A DNA stretch of 32,000 nucleotides from Candidatus Methanoperedens sp. (lineage in GTDB: Archaea; Halobacteriota; Methanosarcinia; Methanosarcinales; Methanoperedenaceae). The stretch is from NCBI GenBank assembly GCA_041494705.1, contig JBGQBI010000001.1, positions 390,001 to 422,000 on the forward strand, read 5' to 3'. The notes under the pieces were generated by a model. That model saw only the letters and a list, made by a program, of their open reading frames with translations. It had not been told where the DNA came from and ran no database searches. Positions 18,242 to 25,739 of this stretch are shown here, one piece after another; within the stretch, counting starts at the first letter, position 1, and each line of letters opens with the position of its first letter. The position numbers were made by a program, and so were the translations under genes.

Positions 18242-18424
18242 ATGAAAAGAGACCTGATGGATATCCTGTGCTGCCCCATGTGCAAGGGCGACCTCGTGCT
18301 TGAAGTGACAGAAGAGAACGACAAAGAAATAGTAAAAGGGACACTTTATTGCGGAAAATGCAAGGAGTATTATCCCATCGACGACGGAATCCCCAATATG
18401 CTGCCGCCGGAGCTTCGGGAGTGA
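18242..18424 (+). CDS. trm112: Trm112-family zinc-ribbon protein
   Basis: LCCPMCKGDL...CGKCKEYYPIDDGIPNMLPPE. 60 aa. Confidence 0.8.
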   Translation: MKRDLMDILCCPMCKGDLVLEVTEENDKEIVKGTLYCGKCKEYYPIDDGIPNMLPPELRE

Positions 18425-18439
18425 CAGGGGTTATTATTC

Positions 18440-18535
18440 ATAGTCAAAAACTAAACAATTCTAACCGTCTTTGCGACCTTTGCGTCTCTGCGGTGAATAA
18501 AATCACACACCGCAAAGGCGCCAAGAACGCGAAGG
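18440..18535. repeat. Roughly 96-bp imperfect palindromic intergenic repeat, copy B
   Basis: It matches the reverse complement of 23013..23109. By eye, one arm matches 31/33, the flank 22/26, and the other arm differs by one mismatch and one indel. The arms are ctttgcgacctttgcgtctctgcggtga and tcacacaccgcaaaggcgccaagaacgcgaagg. Confidence 0.8.
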
Positions 18536-18580
18536 TTTCATATGACTGCAAAATTCGTGTATATATAAATCAGATTCAAA

Positions 18581-19015
18581 ATGATTTCCGATGATGTGGA
18601 CATAGCTGAATATATCCTCAATAATTACAGGAATAAAGTAGTGGAAATCGGCGTGGGCAATTTGCCCCAGGTGGCTTTATTATTAAAGGATAAACTGGAT
18701 GTGGCAGTCACCGATATTAATGAACAGAACCATAATTGGCATAACGGCCTGCGGTTTTACAAAGACGATATATTCAACCCTGATATCGGGATATATGAAA
18801 ATGCCTCCCTCATATATTCCATAAGACCGCCGATAGACATACAAGATGCGATGGCAAAGACGGCAGGGGAAGTTGGGGCTGACCTCATTATCAGGCCTTT
18901 CGGGAATGAAAAAGCCGACTTAAGGAAATATTATAAGGATTATAAGCTTGTGAATTATAAGAAAGCGCGGTTTTATTTATACAGGTTTATCGATATTACT
19001 TCTTCCTCACCTTAA
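18581..19015 (+). CDS. UPF0146-family protein (class I methyltransferase-like fold)
   Basis: VVEIGVGN...DVAVTDIN...ASLIYSIRPP...GADLIIRPFG resembles the archaeal UPF0146 family. Confidence 0.65.
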   Translation: MISDDVDIAEYILNNYRNKVVEIGVGNLPQVALLLKDKLDVAVTDINEQNHNWHNGLRFYKDDIFNPDIGIYENASLIYSIRPPIDIQDAMAKTAGEVGADLIIRPFGNEKADLRKYYKDYKLVNYKKARFYLYRFIDITSSSP

Positions 19016-19772
19016 AGACATATATCAGCAGAATTATTACAAACCCTGCAGCCAGAATACTTACATTCCGAATCGTCGATGCAACTTTTTTAACAGGTTG
19101 TGTTACGGTAGTATTTGTAACATTTACCGGCGCTTTGGCAAGGCTCGTGGTATTTTTGATGAAATTAATGGTGATTTCGCCCCTGTCGCCTGATACTTGG
19201 CTAAAAAATCCTGCGAGTTCAGTGCGCGTATTGATTTTTTTTGTGAGATTATTAATGCCGCTGATATTGACGACATCCATCCCGGGCGGCAGGATTATTG
19301 TTACCGGCGAGCTTGACTGCCCCAGGAACCAGATACTTCTTGCGTTAAAAATATTATCCTTCCACATGTATGCGACATTGTATCTGTTTACAACTGCATC
19401 GGAGCTATGTATATTCCCGATAATTCCTGGCGATAACGTTGAATCTATATCGGCGACCTGAATTCCCGTGGACTCGTTATTTATCCTTACATCAAATTCC
19501 TTGTCGATTGAACTCTGGAACTTCTTTCGTATTTCCTTATCTGCTTTGAGGAGTTCCCAGGCATTTACAAAACTGTCGTTATTACCGAATTCCCCGTCGA
19601 TATATGCCCTGAACATTATTGCATCATTCCCTGAAAATGATTCGGTATAATCCCAGGTCATATTGTATTCACCAACTGTGATACTATTGACCCACTGGCT
19701 CTCTGCCGCTGCGGCGCCCGCCGCCAGCAGCACGAGAACAAGAGCAACAAAAATCCCCATACGGCTTTTCAT
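18996..19772 (-). CDS. Secreted, sequon-rich protein with a C-terminal TM anchor (hypothetical)
   Basis: Signal peptide MKSRMGIFVALVLVLLAAGAAAAE and a C-terminal AAGFVIILLIYVFKVRKK. The start ATG at 19772 forms an ATGA overlap with the map stop. Confidence 0.6.
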   Translation of the reverse strand: MKSRMGIFVALVLVLLAAGAAAAESQWVNSITVGEYNMTWDYTESFSGNDAIMFRAYIDGEFGNNDSFVNAWELLKADKEIRKKFQSSIDKEFDVRINNESTGIQVADIDSTLSPGIIGNIHSSDAVVNRYNVAYMWKDNIFNARSIWFLGQSSSPVTIILPPGMDVVNISGINNLTKKINTRTELAGFFSQVSGDRGEITINFIKNTTSLAKAPVNVTNTTVTQPVKKVASTIRNVSILAAGFVIILLIYVFKVRKK

Positions 19773-20644
19773 CTCGTAATTACCTCGCATCCGTCTTCTG
19801 TAACAATAATGGTATGTTCAGCCTGTGATATAAGCCCTCCCTGGACTTCTTTCAGGATGGGATAAGGCTGGATAATATGCGCCTTGACAAGCTGGATAAT
19901 CGCAAAATCAACACGTTCCCCGAGCCATCTTTTCGCAAAAGGGAGCGTCTTATATTTCTCTAAATCCCGCATTAATGCTCTTGCTGACGGGTGCCTCACC
20001 GGCCTGTCTGATACTATGTGATAAATTTCGGCATTCCCTGCATTCCGTATCCTTCCCGCCCCGTTGGTGGCAAAAGGTTCAATAGCAACAATATCCCCGG
20101 TTTCAAGTATAACGCCGCCGGGCATCCTTTTATTGGGGATTGCTGGAGGAGCATGCTGTATGTATTGCGCAAGCCCGTGCCCCGTAAGGTTGATAATCGG
20201 TTTAAACCCGAATGAGCCGATTGTATCCTCGATTACGCCGCCGATGTCGGAAGTATTCACCCCCGAATGGATGAACTTGATTGCTTCTTCAAGGGCTGCA
20301 TTGGCGGCTTCCACAAGTTTCGGATTGCCCGAAAGGTCAACTGTAATTGCAGTATCCGCGATATAACCATCGATATGCACCCCGATATCAAGCTTGACCA
20401 TATCGTTGCCAAAAACAGCCTTATCATTGAATGACGGGGTTGAATGGGCAGCCTCGTCGTTTCGGGATATGTTCACAGGAAATGCAGGCTCCCCGCCCTT
20501 TTCACGTATCAGGTTCTCGGTGAAATCCGCTACCTTAAGCAGGCTTTCGCCCACCGTTACCATTTTTGCAGCTTCGGCACGCACTTCGGATAATATTCTT
20601 CCTGCCAGTCGGTATTTTTCAAGTATCTCTTCGTTTTCGCTCAT
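19769..20644 (-). CDS. map: Methionine aminopeptidase, type 2 (archaeal)
   Basis: M24 metal ligands are in context (DIGVHIDGYIAD, LTGHGL, AIEPF, AEHT). The start is trimmed to MSENEE. Confidence 0.9.
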   Translation of the reverse strand: MSENEEILEKYRLAGRILSEVRAEAAKMVTVGESLLKVADFTENLIREKGGEPAFPVNISRNDEAAHSTPSFNDKAVFGNDMVKLDIGVHIDGYIADTAITVDLSGNPKLVEAANAALEEAIKFIHSGVNTSDIGGVIEDTIGSFGFKPIINLTGHGLAQYIQHAPPAIPNKRMPGGVILETGDIVAIEPFATNGAGRIRNAGNAEIYHIVSDRPVRHPSARALMRDLEKYKTLPFAKRWLGERVDFAIIQLVKAHIIQPYPILKEVQGGLISQAEHTIIVTEDGCEVITR

Positions 20645-20662
20645 TATAGCACCATTCACTCA

Positions 20663-21811
20663 TTATAGCACCAGATTCTTTTCAAACATAGTTAAATTCT
20701 TGCTTCCATTTTGCGTCACGACAACCACATCCTCCAGGCGAACGCCGCCTGTTTTCCTGTAATAAAGGCCTGGTTCTACAGTAACAACGCATCCTGCTTT
20801 TAATTCCTTTCCATTTTCGCCCAGGTTGGGACCCTCATGGATGTCAAGCCCCACGCCATGACCGGTTGAATGGATGAAGCCTTCCGTGAACTCACTACTT
20901 TTACCTCTTGCAGTTTCGTATCCCCGCTCTTCGAGGATATCGCATACGATGTTATGGATTTCACTGCCTGTAACGCCCGCCTTTATTTTTTTTATCGCAG
21001 CGTTCTGTGAATCAAGTACAGCCGAATACATATCTTTTAATTCGCCTTCGGGTTCCCCGCGTGTTACCGTCCTTGTCATATCCGAATAATATCTCTCTTT
21101 TTTTGACCGGGGAACCATGTCGATAACGATGGGTTCTCCTGCCAGTAATCCGCCTTCGCCTTTCCAGTGGGGGTCAGAGCTTCCCCGCCCGCATGCTATA
21201 ATTATATCAGGCGCCTCGCAGCCCATAGACAGGAGTGACTTTTCGATTATTGTCCTTACAGTTTCGGTTGTGAGCTGTGCATTATCCTGCCAGAGCGCAC
21301 CGTTCCTGATTGATGCATTTCTTATAGCGCCAAGCGCCTCGGAAAGAGCTTTCTCGCCTGCCCTTTGCGCAGTTTCAATGGCTTTTATTTCGTTTTCTTT
21401 TTTTATCTCGCGCATGTCGCGAAACGGGCTTTTGACCGGCATAACCTCAAAACCCGCTTTTCGCAGGCAATCGGCAAGCTGCACCGGGAAATTATACGAT
21501 ACCGAGACACGCTTAATCTTCTCTGAGCACAGGAATTCGATAATCATTTCGCAGTACGCGGCATCAGCATCTTTGTTTTTTCGTATTTTATCCATAATAT
21601 TGTATCTGGATGTAGGAATCACATCATGGACTTTTGATTCTTTTCTTGCCCTCCCAAGTTCCATATCCGATACGAGGATTTTGTCACTTCCCGAATTCAG
21701 GTATATGAAGGAATCATAAGCCAAAAATCCAGTGGCGTAGTACATGTCTGCGTTGTGTTCGCTTTCGCTGACCACAAGGTAAGCTTCGGCACCGGGAAGT
21801 TCCAGTTTCAT
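20663..21811 (-). CDS. Xaa-Pro aminopeptidase/dipeptidase (M24B, creatinase-like N-domain)
   Basis: HSTGHGVGLDIHE, VTVEPGLY and VRLED. The start is trimmed to MKLELPG at 21811, with a GGAAAGGT SD upstream. Confidence 0.85.
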   Translation of the reverse strand: MKLELPGAEAYLVVSESEHNADMYYATGFLAYDSFIYLNSGSDKILVSDMELGRARKESKVHDVIPTSRYNIMDKIRKNKDADAAYCEMIIEFLCSEKIKRVSVSYNFPVQLADCLRKAGFEVMPVKSPFRDMREIKKENEIKAIETAQRAGEKALSEALGAIRNASIRNGALWQDNAQLTTETVRTIIEKSLLSMGCEAPDIIIACGRGSSDPHWKGEGGLLAGEPIVIDMVPRSKKERYYSDMTRTVTRGEPEGELKDMYSAVLDSQNAAIKKIKAGVTGSEIHNIVCDILEERGYETARGKSSEFTEGFIHSTGHGVGLDIHEGPNLGENGKELKAGCVVTVEPGLYYRKTGGVRLEDVVVVTQNGSKNLTMFEKNLVL

Positions 21812-22141
21812 ACCTTTCCCTGAGGAGATGATTCTACATATTACCTTCGGAAAGTCACATAAGCGGGACATAAATGTAAAATCAGTTTCAAGAAACAACA
21901 AATCAGCAAACACATCTCCTTCAATCTGGAACTGCGCCGCTGCTTAGCATCGGAGGCGCCTATCGCTTTATGGATGCGCGAGAAACGAGCGTGGATGCAG
22001 TAACGGACCTCGGACTGAAGTCCGAAAGGCATCTCTTTCCACGCATGGGAAATCAATAAAAAAATGAGGCTATGAGGCTTTCTTCTAAAGCATGGGTATC
22101 AAACTATGCAATAGCACGAGGACTAATTTTTTTAAAATAGA

Positions 22142-22915
22142 TTAAATGTAGAGTCCTCCATTTATATCAATGACCTGGCCTGTTATGTAATTCCCGTCTT
22201 CTGAGACAAGGTATGCCACCGCACCTGCCACCTCGGACGGCTTTCCGAGTCTTCCCAGCGGTATCTGGGTAAGAATTTTTTCCATTATTTCTTTAGGAAC
22301 CGATTTTAGCATATCTGTCTCAATAAATCCTGGCGCAACAGCGTTAACGGTTATACCCTTACCTGCAAATTCTTTTGCCAGCGTTTGTGAGAGAGCTATC
22401 AATCCTGCCTTCGAAGCTGCATAGTTTGCCTGTCCGCGGTTACCCATTCTCCCGATAACCGAAGATATATTAACAATTCTTCCGTACTTCCTCTCAAGCA
22501 TTCCCTCTATTACCGCTTTGGTACAGTAAAAAGCTCCATCCAGGTTCACAGATAATACTTCCGTCCACATCTGCGGAGTCATTTTAACAAAAGATTTATC
22601 CCTTACTATTCCCGCATTGTTGACCAGAATATCTATTCTGCCGAACTGCTTTACAACCTCGTCCCGCATCCTGTTCACCTGCGGAAAGTCATTGACGTTT
22701 GCCTGGCATATGATGGAATGCTTGCCCATAGAATCTATCAACTCTGATACTTCCTTTGCATGCTCCTTAGTCTCCATCAGGTCTATCTTCAGGGATAACC
22801 TGTCAAATTCGTCTATCATGCCCATCTGGTCTATCAGCTTTGATAACTTCTCAGCTTGCTCTCTGGTTGACTGATAATTAATTGCAACATCTGCGCCCTC
22901 TTCCGCCAGCCGCAA
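22142..22915 (-). CDS. FabG-like short-chain dehydrogenase/reductase lacking the N-terminal TGxxxGxG motif (possibly a pseudogene)
   Basis: NNAG, S...YAASK and PGFIETDM are all present. The ORF begins inside the AIALRLAEEGA helix at a TTG. An in-frame TAA lies at 22946-22948, and no glycine-rich motif is found in any upstream frame. There is a 32-codon internal duplication. Confidence 0.65.
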   Translation of the reverse strand: MRLAEEGADVAINYQSTREQAEKLSKLIDQMGMIDEFDRLSLKIDLMETKEHAKEVSELIDSMGKHSIICQANVNDFPQVNRMRDEVVKQFGRIDILVNNAGIVRDKSFVKMTPQMWTEVLSVNLDGAFYCTKAVIEGMLERKYGRIVNISSVIGRMGNRGQANYAASKAGLIALSQTLAKEFAGKGITVNAVAPGFIETDMLKSVPKEIMEKILTQIPLGRLGKPSEVAGAVAYLVSEDGNYITGQVIDINGGLYI

Positions 22916-23012
22916 GGCGATCGCCTGTACGAGTTTTTCCGTATTTTACCTGTTCTCGATGCATACACTATTATAGTTGAGAACCTAATTTTTCAAACAT
23001 ATTCTTATGAAC

Positions 23013-23109
23013 CCTTCGCGTTCTCGGCGCCTTTGCGGTATGTGATTTTACTCACCGCAGAGGTCGCAAAGGTCGCAAATATAGTTTAAATTGTTTGGTT
23101 TTTAACTAT
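23013..23109. repeat. Roughly 96-bp imperfect palindromic intergenic repeat, copy C, inverted relative to copy B
   Basis: ccttcgcgttctcggcgcctttgcggtatgtga ttttac tcaccgcagaggtcgcaaaggtcgcaaa plus the flank gtttaaattgtttggtttttaactat. This is the reverse-complement match to 18440..18535. Confidence 0.8.
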
Positions 23110-23128
23110 AATACTTTTACCTTCTGAA

Positions 23129-23320
23129 TCAATCTTTTTCTGTGAGCACGTCCACACGCTGGTGAAGTTCAGCCATACTTTCTGCAAGTTTTTTGATTAA
23201 TTCAGCGCATCTGTCAGCAAAACTTGCAGCCAGTTTAGCATCAATATTATCTTTTGAATCTGCAATATCTTTCATCAACAGGTTAGCCATTTCCACAATT
23301 TCTTCCGGATATACAACCAT
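23129..23320 (-). CDS. Small helical hypothetical protein (63 aa) co-transcribed with the thermosome gene
   Basis: A strong SD GGGAGGAGGTG ends 6 nt before the ATG. The gene starts 16 nt after the thermosome stop. Its composition is amphipathic and helical. Confidence 0.55.
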   Translation of the reverse strand: MVVYPEEIVEMANLLMKDIADSKDNIDAKLAASFADRCAELIKKLAESMAELHQRVDVLTEKD

Positions 23321-23336
23321 TTTAACACCTCCTCCC

Positions 23337-24986
23337 TTAATCCATTCCTTCCATTCCGCTCATTCCACCACCCATGCCTCCGGGTGGCATGCCTCCTGCA
23401 TGCGTGGCTTTGCTTGAAAGCACATCATCTATCCTCAGAATCATGGTGGCTGCTTCCGTAGCAGAACTGATAGCCTGTGTCTTTACTCTGAGGGGCTCAA
23501 CCACGCCTTCTTTCCACATGTCCACGACTTTTCCAGTGAACACGTTGACCCCCGCTGTCTTATTGCCCTTCTCATGCTGGCTTCGCATCTCCACAAGTAT
23601 ATCAATGGGGTCAAGACCAGCATTTTCAGCCAGGGTTCTGGGGATGATTTCAAGCGCCTCGGCAAATTTTGCGACAGCCAGCTGTTCCCTGCCTATTAAT
23701 GTGGCTGAGTATTCTCGCAGGCGCAGAGCCAGTTCAACCTCTGGCGAACCGCCACCTGCTACAAGTGTCTCATCCTCGATTGCAACTCCAACTACACGCA
23801 ACGCGTCATGAAGCGCTCGCTCGGCTTCATCCACAACGTGCTCGGTTCCTCCGCGAAGAATAATGGAGACTGCCTTGGGATTGTGGCACCCGGTAACAAA
23901 TGTCATTGCCTCCTCACCGATCTTTTTCTCTTCTACAAGATCCGCTTTTCCAAGATCAGATTCGCTGATTTCCTTTAGACCTGTCAGTATCTTTGCACCG
24001 GTTGCGCGTGCAAGTTTTTCCATGTCGCTTTTCTTTACGCGCCTTGCTGCATATATGCCGGCTTTTGCAAGATAATGCTGTGCAAGGTCATCGATTCCCT
24101 TCTCAACAAATACCACATTTGCACCGCTTTTAATCACTTTGTTGACCATGTCGTGCAACATCTGTTCTTCCTGGTCAAGGAATAACTGGAGCTGGTCGGG
24201 TGATTTTATTGAGATTTCGGCTTTCACTTCCGTCTTTTTGATCTCGAGGGCTTCGTTGAGCAGAAGTATTCTGGCATCATGGACCTTCTTTGGCATGCTG
24301 GTATGGACTCTTTCCTTATCGATTACCATGCCTTCTATTAGCTCTGATGCTTCTATACTGCCACCCACTTTCTTCTCAACTTTGATATCTTCAATATCTG
24401 CTGTATATTTGCCATTCTCTTTGTCAACCACCGCTAATATGGCATTTACCGCAAGGATGGCGAAAACATCCTTGGACGCTTCAGCTCCCTTTCCGGTAAT
24501 CGCAGTCACGGCGATTTTCAATAATAAATCCTTATCTTCCAGGGTCACTGGTTTTGCAAGAGTTTTAAGGATTTCTTTTGCTTTTGCCGCTGCAAGCCTG
24601 TATCCGCTGGCAATGACTGTGGGATGTACTCCCTGCTCTAATAGTTCTTCAGCATTCTTCAGGAATTCACCTGCAAGCACTGCTGCCGTTGTTGTGCCAT
24701 CTCCGACCTCATCATCCTGGGTCTTTGCGACTTCCACGATCATCTTGGCTGCCGGATGCTCGATGTCCATTGCCTGGAGAATGGTCGCACCATCATTCGT
24801 GATTACGATATCCCCCACCGCGTCCACGAGCATTTTATCCATACCCTGTGGTCCCAGGGTCGTCCTGACCGCTGCTGCTACTGCCCTGGCAGCCATGATA
24901 TTGTTATGCTGCGCGTCTCTTCCTTTTGTTCTTTGACTGCCTTCTCTTAGAATATAGATTGGCTGTCCTGCTAATTGTCCTGCCAT
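23337..24986 (-). CDS. ths: Thermosome subunit (group II chaperonin)
   Basis: [16 protein letters not shown] and the GGM-repeat C-terminus. The start is trimmed to [16 protein letters not shown], with a GGAGGT SD upstream. Confidence 0.95.
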   Translation of the reverse strand: MAGQLAGQPIYILREGSQRTKGRDAQHNNIMAARAVAAAVRTTLGPQGMDKMLVDAVGDIVITNDGATILQAMDIEHPAAKMIVEVAKTQDDEVGDGTTTAAVLAGEFLKNAEELLEQGVHPTVIASGYRLAAAKAKEILKTLAKPVTLEDKDLLLKIAVTAITGKGAEASKDVFAILAVNAILAVVDKENGKYTADIEDIKVEKKVGGSIEASELIEGMVIDKERVHTSMPKKVHDARILLLNEALEIKKTEVKAEISIKSPDQLQLFLDQEEQMLHDMVNKVIKSGANVVFVEKGIDDLAQHYLAKAGIYAARRVKKSDMEKLARATGAKILTGLKEISESDLGKADLVEEKKIGEEAMTFVTGCHNPKAVSIILRGGTEHVVDEAERALHDALRVVGVAIEDETLVAGGGSPEVELALRLREYSATLIGREQLAVAKFAEALEIIPRTLAENAGLDPIDILVEMRSQHEKGNKTAGVNVFTGKVVDMWKEGVVEPLRVKTQAISSATEAATMILRIDDVLSSKATHAGGMPPGGMGGGMSGMEGMD

Positions 24987-25024
24987 AAATAACCTCCGTC
25001 TCGATTGCGACCTGATCTTCAACC

Positions 25025-25041
25025 TTCGTGCCGGGCACGAA
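25025..25041. promoter_or_regulatory. Perfect 17-nt palindrome in the thermosome promoter/5' region (candidate operator)
   Basis: ttcgtgcc g ggcacgaa lies 39-55 nt upstream of the thermosome ATG at 24986. Confidence 0.35.
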
Positions 25042-25739
25042 AATCACAAAGCCCTGAGTGCTTAGAAAGGATACAAGCCCGGGCGGGGACGAAATCCATA
25101 GTTATTCCGCACATGGCATTACCCATGATTGGTATTTCTATATCATCTTAAACTTACGAGATTACCACGTAGGTTTAGATAATGATCACCCGGTTTACTC
25201 TCCATTTTATATGTATAACATTAATGGCATTTATAAATTTGGGTCATCAGAAAAAGAATCGGCTGGGAAGAATATAAAGAGCGATTCAGAAATGAAATGT
25301 TATCTTCAGTAGAAGCGAGGACAATTATGAAAATATTAAAATGCTTTCAAAAGACGTTGATGTTTATCTTATATGCTCCTGCCATAACAAAGAAAACCAC
25401 TACCACAGGTTTATTTTAATAGATATGATGAACAAGTTTTGACAAAGGCTTTATTTTTTCATTTGGACACGGCTAAAACATTACTTGAATAATATGAGCA
25501 AGTTTCAGAACATCCGCATAGAGACATTTTATTTATCCCACAATTAGGAATATTCAAAAATCTTCTTTCCCCTTCTCCAATTCCCGTAATATCATTCTTT
25601 AAATATCCAAAATCGCTACAATCTTCTTTTAAAACCATATTTTTACCTCTAAGAGTGTAATCATTTCGGAAAGCTATATAGTTATGTTAATCAAGATAAA
25701 TTAATAATACCGAATTTCCCACTGTGTATATGTTCAACT

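Noticed and set aside
18349-18594. An 81-aa ORF running through repeat copy B (similar ORFs cross copy A, for example 217..510 on the minus strand)
   Set aside because: The frame is kept open only by the GC-rich repeat. The same DNA recurs inverted elsewhere, which argues for a nucleic-acid-level element.
21117-21719. A 200-aa ORF antisense to the M24B peptidase gene
   Set aside because: It is a shadow frame with no start context or motifs, and the sense strand carries the M24 metal-ligand motifs.
24139-24936. A 265-aa ORF antisense to the thermosome gene
   Set aside because: This is a shadow ORF of an Ala/Gly/Val-rich, highly expressed gene. The Ser/Ala-rich product has no motifs.
25058-25312. 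An 84-aa plus-strand ORF in the thermosome-mgtA spacer
   Set aside because: It has a GTG start without an SD, lies across the thermosome promoter region, and has no recognisable fold or motif.
25420-25739. A possible Mg2+ riboswitch (M-box) or mgtL-like proline-rich leader upstream of mgtA
   Set aside because: I could not identify M-box conserved helices or a Pro-rich leader peptide by eye. The region is AT-rich with little pairing potential. A cmscan would be needed.
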